Assembly: GCA_963674825.1 (NCBI GenBank)
Contig: OY771587.1
Coordinates: 2,336,001 to 2,400,000 of the forward strand
Reading direction: 5' to 3'
From: Candidatus Cloacimonadales bacterium
GTDB lineage: Bacteria; Cloacimonadota; Cloacimonadia; Cloacimonadales; JAIOQZ01
DNA length: 64,000 bases
A model generated the notes under the pieces. The model was given only the letters and a program-made list of their open reading frames with translations, was not told the origin of the DNA and searched no databases. The translations under genes and the position numbers were made by a program. Shown one piece after another: positions 57,783 through 64,000 of the stretch (positions are counted from its first letter, which is position 1; every line of letters begins with the position of its first letter).

Positions 57783-58886
57783 TCAATACAGACAAATCTC
57801 CGACTCTGCGTCGAAGAAGTGCACCTTTTTCATATCAACGGTCACGCGGAACTTGGCATCTACCTGTGGCATGCGCTTGGGATCGAGCCGTGCAGTGAAC
57901 TTGTCCTCGCCTGCTTTAAGGTAAACGATGAACTCGTTCCCCATCGGTTCTACCACTTCGCAGATGGTGTCGAGCTGGTGCGGGACTTCTGCCATGGAGT
58001 CGAAATCCGAGTCGTAAACATCTTCCGGACGCACACCCATGATCACATCTTTGCCCTTGAGCGGCTTGAGCTTCTCGATCTGCTCCGGTGTAGGTTCGAG
58101 GGTGATGGAGTCATTTGAGTAGAGCAGTTTGCCGTCTTTTTCGATCACTTTGCCGCGCGAGAGGTTGATGGCCGGGCTGCCAATGAAGCCGGCAACAAAC
58201 AGATTCACGGGGTGGTTGTATATTTCCAGCGGAGAAGCGATCTGCTGGATGATTCCCTTGTCCATGACGACGATCTTGTCGCCCATGGTCATAGCTTCGA
58301 CCTGGTCGTGTGTCACGTAAATGATGGTGGTGGCGAGTTTACGATGCAATTTGGTGATTTCGGTACGCATTTGCACGCGGAGCTTGGCGTCGAGGTTTGA
58401 AAGCGGTTCGTCGAAGAGGAATACCTTCGGGTTACGCACGATGGCACGTCCAAGCGCGACACGCTGACGTTGACCGCCAGAGAGCTGTTTCGGTTTACGT
58501 TCGAGCAGGTCTTCAATTCCGAGCAGTTCGGCGGCTTCATTTACCTGCTTATCGATATCGTGTTTGGACCATCCCCGGAGTTTCAGCGCGAATGCCATGT
58601 TCTGATATACAGTCATGTGCGGATAGAGTGCGTAGTTCTGGAATACCATCGCGATGTCGCGATCCTTGGGCGGAACGTCGTTAACGCGCTTCTCGCCGAT
58701 GTTGATATCGCCGGAAGAGATGTCTTCCAGTCCAGCAATCATACGGAGCGTAGTTGTTTTACCGCAGCCGGAAGGACCGACCAGAATGACGAATTCCTTA
58801 TCTTCAGCCACGAAATTGGCTTTCTTCACTGCATGAAAGCCATTATCGTAGATTTTATCAACGTTATTTACCGTAACCTTTGCCAT
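57783..58886 (-). CDS. MalK/UgpC/MsmX-type carbohydrate ABC transporter ATPase
   Basis: GPSGCGKTT, VFQNYALYPH, LSGGQRQR, FDEPLSNLDAKLR, FVAGFIGSP, C-terminal TOBE. Confidence 0.93.
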   Translation of the reverse strand: MAKVTVNNVDKIYDNGFHAVKKANFVAEDKEFVILVGPSGCGKTTTLRMIAGLEDISSGDINIGEKRVNDVPPKDRDIAMVFQNYALYPHMTVYQNMAFALKLRGWSKHDIDKQVNEAAELLGIEDLLERKPKQLSGGQRQRVALGRAIVRNPKVFLFDEPLSNLDAKLRVQMRTEITKLHRKLATTIIYVTHDQVEAMTMGDKIVVMDKGIIQQIASPLEIYNHPVNLFVAGFIGSPAINLSRGKVIEKDGKLLYSNDSITLEPTPEQIEKLKPLKGKDVIMGVRPEDVYDSDFDSMAEVPHQLDTICEVVEPMGNEFIVYLKAGEDKFTARLDPKRMPQVDAKFRVTVDMKKVHFFDAESEICLY

Positions 58887-59005
58887 GGGAGCCTCTTCAT
58901 GTTTTGATTACTTTCAGACTCTTTTCTGCAAGTTGTTTGTCAAGAATATTTTCTGTGAAGGTGTTGTAAACCATTTGAAAATCCACAAACTCGAACCTGA
59001 ACAAT

Positions 59006-59034
59006 AAAAAACGCCGGACGATTTGTCCGGCGTT
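59006..59034 (-). terminator. Intrinsic terminator after the lipoprotein gene
   Basis: AACGCCGGAC-GATTT-GTCCGGCGTT preceded by AAAAA. Confidence 0.8.
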
Positions 59035-59053
59035 CTATCTAATCGAGTATCGA

Positions 59054-61525
59054 TTAATCGTTTTGAGTCATGATATCATCGACCATCTTAAGGAGCATTT
59101 CCTTAGCTTGGTCTTGATCCATGTAGATCATCGGGAAGCCGACAAGGTAGCATGTCTGCTGTACACCAACCTGATCTTCGACTGTGCGCTTGAAGCGAAG
59201 CACGTTCGGACGGTTGTTGTAAGCTGCGTACTCGGTGTCGTCCGGGCTGTAATTATCAGTACCCGGTTCTTTCACGATGGTGTTGTAGAGGACTTCTACG
59301 CCATTCTGGAAGTTTCCGTTGTTGAAGAACGAGATTGCTCCAATACCGGCGCGAGGTGTGATAAGCGGAGAGATTGCTGACCAGTTACCTTCAGGATTGA
59401 CCATAACTTCGGGCCAGTCGCTGTTGACAGGAGCAGCACCGGTGAAATACGGTTTCTCGATAACGCTGCCGGGGATGATTCTGATACCGTCGGAAGCGTC
59501 GGTTTCGTTTGCGGAAAGACCGAAGTAATCTTCAAGAATCGGATAGCCTTCGGATTTAACCTTGTCGTAAACGTTCGCGAGGTTTGCACCACCGATGATG
59601 ATGATATTACCGCCACTTCTCAGGTAGAGATTCATGACGTCGTATTCTCTGGTGAAGTTGTTCTTGTTGGTTTTAGGCGGATTTTCCACGTGCCAGATAA
59701 CCAGTTTGTATTTCTGGAGATCGGTTGGTGAAAGGACGTCCTTACTGAAGTGCAATTGGTCATCCCATACGGTGTTTTCGAGAAGTTCGAGATCGAGAAC
59801 TTCAAGCGGAGAGATGCCAGAGAAGTAGTTTTCATAGTATGGTGTCACGATCGAGTCGGGGCTGAACACGTTGTTGCGTTCGTCATCGATGATCAGGATA
59901 CCTTCTTTGTCGCTATAGGTAAGTGCTTCGTCCAGCTTGAATGAGAACTCTGTGGGGGTTGGATCAGCAACGCCCTGAAGGTCGATCGCGCGGACTTCGA
60001 AGCGATGGAACGATTCCGAGTTGAACGGATCGGTTGCTTCGAGGTTAACGAGCGTAACATTCTGAGCGTAGGTATTGTTCACATAGAAGCGGGTCCACCG
60101 GTCGCCGGTATCCGGATCCGTGTAAATATAGTCTGCTGGATTACCGAAGAGCGGGCTCTGGTAAGGAGCGTCGTTCAGGCGGACATCGAAGTACATGATT
60201 TCGCTAAGGTAGTTCACACCGGTTTGTTCATCCAGAACCACATCGAGTTTCTTGTCACGCGGGTTGTTATCGGTGAATTCGCCGACGAATCCCCATGACA
60301 TGTGAATCTGAAGGTCTTCGCTGTGAAGCGCAACCAGGCGTCCGTGCTGATCGATGAACAGCGGCGTGGAGTACTGGTTACCGGTAAGCGTTGTGCGGTA
60401 AGGAATCACGATACCGAGGCTGGCGTCCTGGTAGTCCACGAAGTGGTTGTCACCAAGAGCGAAGATATCGTAGTTATATACAAGCGTTCCGGGATAGAAG
60501 CCTTCTTTCACGCGGAAGTCTTTGTATGCGATATGAGATTCGAGACCAGCTTCATCGACACCAATAGTCTGGATACGTGTCAGGTAGTCATCGGTTCCGA
60601 AGTCAATAAGCGGCGGTGTGTAGGTGCCATCACCGGTAAGAACCTGGCGAGAGATGGTACCATTGTCGTATGCGACAAACCACATGGTTGTATCCGGGTA
60701 GTTCTCGTCCGGTACGTAGTTGCCGTCTGTATCGACCTTGTAGAGTTTATATTTGAACTCAGCCGGGCCATTGGCGATGTACGGATCATCATCGACCATC
60801 GAGAAAGAGAAGCGAACGCCAGTACCGACGTCTTTATAGACGGTTTCGCCACTATCTTCGTCGAGATAGGAAAGCTCGCCTTTCGTCGTGCTGATGAAGG
60901 TCTCGGGCTTAATGGAATAGGTGAAGAAATATTTGCTGACGACTTCGCTCTGAGCGTCGCGATCATCGACACATTTCACTTCGAACTTGTACGGTATGTT
61001 CGTAGCTGGATCGTTAATGTAGCTTACATAAACGATCGTATCGACGGTTGTGCTGTCCTGCGTTACAACAGTGTCTTTGATGATCTGCTGTGAGATGCTG
61101 GCAGGGAAGCGAATCGTAGCAGAAGGTCTGCTTGTCCAGATGGTGCTGACAGACGGATCGCCCAGCGGGTGAGTCACATCGTTTTCATTTGCGCCATCTT
61201 TATAATGGTAGATCCAACCATCGGCATCCATAACGGTGTAACCGTACGTTTCAACTGGATTTCCCTCATCATCCAGTACGCGGAACGCATAGCCGTCGAT
61301 GACGCCGTCTGTGTCATATCCTTCCCAATAAATGGTTTGCTGATAAAGCAGCGTGTCGGAATACACATTCGAGTCATCAATCGAGCCGTTGTATGACGTC
61401 AATTGAATAGTTGGTGCTTGATTGTTCTTAAGTGACCCCTTTGAGTGGTCACATGAGGTTAGTATAATCAGACCTGCAATCGTGATCAGTGCCAGAACAA
61501 ACAATTTGCTGGTTATACCACGCAT
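59054..61525 (-). CDS. Large acidic lipoprotein, function unknown (Ig/Fn3-like repeats plus C-terminal alpha/beta domain)
   Basis: GGAGG RBS, MRGITSK...ILTS-C lipobox; FEVKCVDD, IQTIGVDEAG, FEVRAIDLQGVADPTP; ILIIDDE...YKLVIWH...YLRSGGNIII. Confidence 0.78.
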   Translation of the reverse strand: MRGITSKLFVLALITIAGLIILTSCDHSKGSLKNNQAPTIQLTSYNGSIDDSNVYSDTLLYQQTIYWEGYDTDGVIDGYAFRVLDDEGNPVETYGYTVMDADGWIYHYKDGANENDVTHPLGDPSVSTIWTSRPSATIRFPASISQQIIKDTVVTQDSTTVDTIVYVSYINDPATNIPYKFEVKCVDDRDAQSEVVSKYFFTYSIKPETFISTTKGELSYLDEDSGETVYKDVGTGVRFSFSMVDDDPYIANGPAEFKYKLYKVDTDGNYVPDENYPDTTMWFVAYDNGTISRQVLTGDGTYTPPLIDFGTDDYLTRIQTIGVDEAGLESHIAYKDFRVKEGFYPGTLVYNYDIFALGDNHFVDYQDASLGIVIPYRTTLTGNQYSTPLFIDQHGRLVALHSEDLQIHMSWGFVGEFTDNNPRDKKLDVVLDEQTGVNYLSEIMYFDVRLNDAPYQSPLFGNPADYIYTDPDTGDRWTRFYVNNTYAQNVTLVNLEATDPFNSESFHRFEVRAIDLQGVADPTPTEFSFKLDEALTYSDKEGILIIDDERNNVFSPDSIVTPYYENYFSGISPLEVLDLELLENTVWDDQLHFSKDVLSPTDLQKYKLVIWHVENPPKTNKNNFTREYDVMNLYLRSGGNIIIIGGANLANVYDKVKSEGYPILEDYFGLSANETDASDGIRIIPGSVIEKPYFTGAAPVNSDWPEVMVNPEGNWSAISPLITPRAGIGAISFFNNGNFQNGVEVLYNTIVKEPGTDNYSPDDTEYAAYNNRPNVLRFKRTVEDQVGVQQTCYLVGFPMIYMDQDQAKEMLLKMVDDIMTQND

Positions 61526-61657
61526 ATTTCCTCCAATCCCCTTATAATGTTTGTCTAAGTTCGTTTGCCAACGGTAATCCGTCAACAAAAAATCCCAAAT
61601 TACTCATATTTTTTCTTTACCGAGGCTTGACTCAATTCCTCGAAAATCCTTTATGCC

Positions 61658-62518
61658 TCATGTTGTATGCTTTATTGCTGCACTTACAACATTCGCGATC
61701 AGTATTGCGGTCGTAACAGTTCCAACACCTTTTGGTACGGGTGTGATCATAGATGCAATTGTGCTTACGCCATCGTAATCCACATCACCGGTGTACCTTG
61801 TTCCGCCTTCTCCATCCGGTACTTCGTTTACGCCCACATCGATAACCACCGCATCCTTCTTCACCATCTCCGTTTTCACGAATTCGGCGACGCCTATTGC
61901 TGCGATGAGGATATCTGCCTGAGATGTGATCTCTGGTAGATTCTCCGTGCGGCTGTGACACACAGTCACTGTCGCGTTGGCGTATTCACGCTTGCGAAGC
62001 AACAGCAGCGCCAGCGGTTTACCTACGATATCGCTTCTACCCAGCACAACCACGTGTTTTCCGCTAACAGGAATCTTGTAAAAGCTCAGCATCTCCATCA
62101 CAGCAGCTGGTGTGCAGGGAAGGAAGCCTTCCCGATCCAGCAGCAGGTTTCCCAGGTTGAGCGGATGGAACGCATCCACATCTTTTTCGGGTGCGATTGC
62201 GATGGATAACGCCATGTCATCGATGTGACGCGGCAGTGGCTTCTGAACCATGATACCATGCACCCGAGGATCATTGTTGAGACGGTCTATGATCGATAGC
62301 AGTTGTTCCTGTGTAGTAGAATCGTCTTTCCGAAGGACATTTACGGTAACGCCTACTTTAGCGCCCTTTTTCTCGATATTTTCGACGTAAAACAGCGCGG
62401 CAGGATCTTCGCCTAGGATAACAACTGTCATCTGCGGCTGAAGGCCATGTTTCTCGATCCTCGCTTTGGCGTCGGTATAGATTTGCTTTGCGACAGGTAA
62501 TCCCTTGAGAATCTCCAT
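61658..62518 (-). CDS. folD: Bifunctional methylenetetrahydrofolate dehydrogenase/cyclohydrolase
   Basis: HGIMVQKPLP, EKDVDAFHP, PCTP, GRSDIVGKP, VIDVG, ITPVPKGVG. Confidence 0.95.
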   Translation of the reverse strand: MEILKGLPVAKQIYTDAKARIEKHGLQPQMTVVILGEDPAALFYVENIEKKGAKVGVTVNVLRKDDSTTQEQLLSIIDRLNNDPRVHGIMVQKPLPRHIDDMALSIAIAPEKDVDAFHPLNLGNLLLDREGFLPCTPAAVMEMLSFYKIPVSGKHVVVLGRSDIVGKPLALLLLRKREYANATVTVCHSRTENLPEITSQADILIAAIGVAEFVKTEMVKKDAVVIDVGVNEVPDGEGGTRYTGDVDYDGVSTIASMITPVPKGVGTVTTAILIANVVSAAIKHTT

Positions 62519-62519
62519 G

Positions 62520-63299
62520 CTAAACAACACTCCTTCTAACACGCTGGATCGAAACGGCTTTCCCTGTACTGTCATCGATCTCGAAAACAACCGCGTTGAT
62601 CTGCAGCCCGGATTCGGCTACTTCGTACAGAACCGGCATTCCGGTGCGCATCTTTTCGAGGATGATTTCCTTCTTCACGCCGATAACCGAGTCGTGCGGA
62701 CCGGTCATACCCACATCGGTGATGTAAGCTGTTCCGTTCGGAAGAATTTCTTCATCCGCTGTCTGAATATGCGTATGGGTTCCCAGCACCGCTTGTATCT
62801 GGCCGTCGAAATAGAGTCCGAGCGCTCTTTTTTCGGCGGTCGATTCGGCGTGGAAATCCACGACAATCATATCCGATTCGCGTTGAAAGCCTGGTAATGC
62901 TCTGCTGAGCGACTGGAATGGCAGATCCGCGCCCGTCATGAACGCTTGCCCTACCAGCGTCAGGACGCAGATTCGTATTCCCCCCTTATCAATAATATAG
63001 TGGGAACTTCCGGCTGCGTCACATGGAAAATTGAGTGGTTTGACGATTCGTGGTTCGCTGTGCAGGTAATCGATCGACTGCTTGCGGTCCCAGAGGTGGT
63101 TTCCGCTGGTGAAAGCGTCGATCCCTATATCAAAAAGCGGCGAGGCGGTCTTTTGGGTCACGCCTCTGCCGGATGCGAGATTTTCGCAATTCATAATGCT
63201 GACGTCGATACGGAATTCATCCCGAAGCTTGTGAAGGTTGTTCATCACAACCCGTCTGCCCGGCTTACCGAAAACGTCTCCGAAAAACAGAAATCTCAT
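62520..63299 (-). CDS. ymdB: YmdB/TIGR00282 metallophosphoesterase
   Basis: GDVFGKPG, NCEN, TSGNH, DFHAESTAEK, GTHTH, TDVGMTG. Confidence 0.92.
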   Translation of the reverse strand: MRFLFFGDVFGKPGRRVVMNNLHKLRDEFRIDVSIMNCENLASGRGVTQKTASPLFDIGIDAFTSGNHLWDRKQSIDYLHSEPRIVKPLNFPCDAAGSSHYIIDKGGIRICVLTLVGQAFMTGADLPFQSLSRALPGFQRESDMIVVDFHAESTAEKRALGLYFDGQIQAVLGTHTHIQTADEEILPNGTAYITDVGMTGPHDSVIGVKKEIILEKMRTGMPVLYEVAESGLQINAVVFEIDDSTGKAVSIQRVRRSVV

Positions 63300-63300
63300 C

Positions 63301-64000
63301 TTACTTCGCTACCGCCGTCTGACGCGTTTCCCGGATCACAACGACTTTGATCTGACCGGGGTATTGCATCTCTTTCTCGATCTTCTCAGCGATATCGGAT
63401 GCGATGAAAAGCGTCTTGTTGTCGTCAACCGAAACCGGATCGACGATGATACGTAGTTCTCGTCCTGCCTGGATGGCAAACGATTTATTCACACCTTCGA
63501 TGGTGCTGGCGATTTCTTCCAGCTTATCAAGGCGCTGCATGTAGGATTCGAGCATTTCGCGACGTGCGCCCGGCCTTGCGCCGGAGATCGCGTCGGCTGC
63601 TTGAACCAGTGCGGCATAGATGCTGCCCGGTTCAACTTCTTCGTGATGAGCTTCGATAGCGTTGACGATCAGCTTGCTTTCGCCGTTCTTACGGGCGATA
63701 GTAGCGCCGATGGAGGCGTGAGAGCCTTCCACTTCGTGATCGACAGCCTTACCGATATCGTGCAGGAATCCGGCACGACGGGCAAGTTCCTGATCAAGTC
63801 CAAGTTCAGCGGCGAGGATGCCGGCGACCCAAGCGGTCTCGATACTGTGCTGAAGCACGTTCTGGCCGTAGCTGGTACGATACTGCATGCGCCCAAGAAG
63901 TTTGATGATATTGGGTGAGATGTTGTGTACATTGACTTCAATACAAGCCTGCTCACCGATCTTGACGATGTTTTCGTCCATATCCTTACGAGTTTTTTCG
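63301..64000 (-). CDS. rny: Ribonuclease Y (3' part; gene starts beyond the window)
   Basis: [21 protein letters not shown] motif, [32 protein letters not shown]. Confidence 0.95.
   Translation of the reverse strand, partial: EKTRKDMDENIVKIGEQACIEVNVHNISPNIIKLLGRMQYRTSYGQNVLQHSIETAWVAGILAAELGLDQELARRAGFLHDIGKAVDHEVEGSHASIGATIARKNGESKLIVNAIEAHHEEVEPGSIYAALVQAADAISGARPGARREMLESYMQRLDKLEEIASTIEGVNKSFAIQAGRELRIIVDPVSVDDNKTLFIASDIAEKIEKEMQYPGQIKVVVIRETRQTAVAK

Noticed and set aside
1..64000. CRISPR arrays, tRNA/rRNA, IS elements, integrases, defence systems, recoded stop codons
   Set aside because: None seen by eye; intergenic gaps are short and no regular repeat-spacer pattern or interrupted conserved gene was found

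Overview
Gene-dense bacterial chromosomal window using standard code 11. I found no rRNA, tRNA, CRISPR array, transposase or prophage. The lineage is most likely an anaerobic FCB-group diderm, probably Cloacimonadota. This is inferred from the NYPNPFNP...VSSGVYFYKL...KMLMLK C-terminal domain, a PorV-like barrel, FCB-type ExbD/TonB, and E. coli-like TTGACA promoters with GGAGG ribosome-binding sites. Main blocks: (1) 1-19 kb, envelope and stress genes: a beta-barrel-SppA fusion, two POTRA-less Omp85 barrels, a GHL10 hydrolase with a CTD-like tail, xseA, a TrmB operon, pspC-mutT-trxA, tandem hemerythrins, aspC, pfkB and purM. (2) 20.4-32.2 kb, a co-oriented outer-membrane locus: TonB-dependent receptor, exbB, two exbD, tonB, a 1008-aa secreted protein with a T9SS-like CTD, a PorV-like barrel and a 709-aa CTD protein. 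All four exported proteins carry acidic DxDxD(G)xxDE motifs. This locus is the best candidate for an uncharacterised system. (3) 32.5-39.9 kb, a 2-oxoacid:ferredoxin oxidoreductase, methylmalonyl-CoA epimerase and Na+-pumping decarboxylase operon with atypical subunits. (4) birA-queA-coaBC. (5) The rimP-nusA-infB-rbfA-truB-ribF-radA operon. (6) An orphan MalK-type ATPase, a large lipoprotein and folD-ymdB-rny. Two intergenic structured-RNA candidates (the purM leader and a rod-like hairpin between mmdB and birA) and two operator-like palindromes were found by eye. All calls come from motif recognition; no database searches were run.
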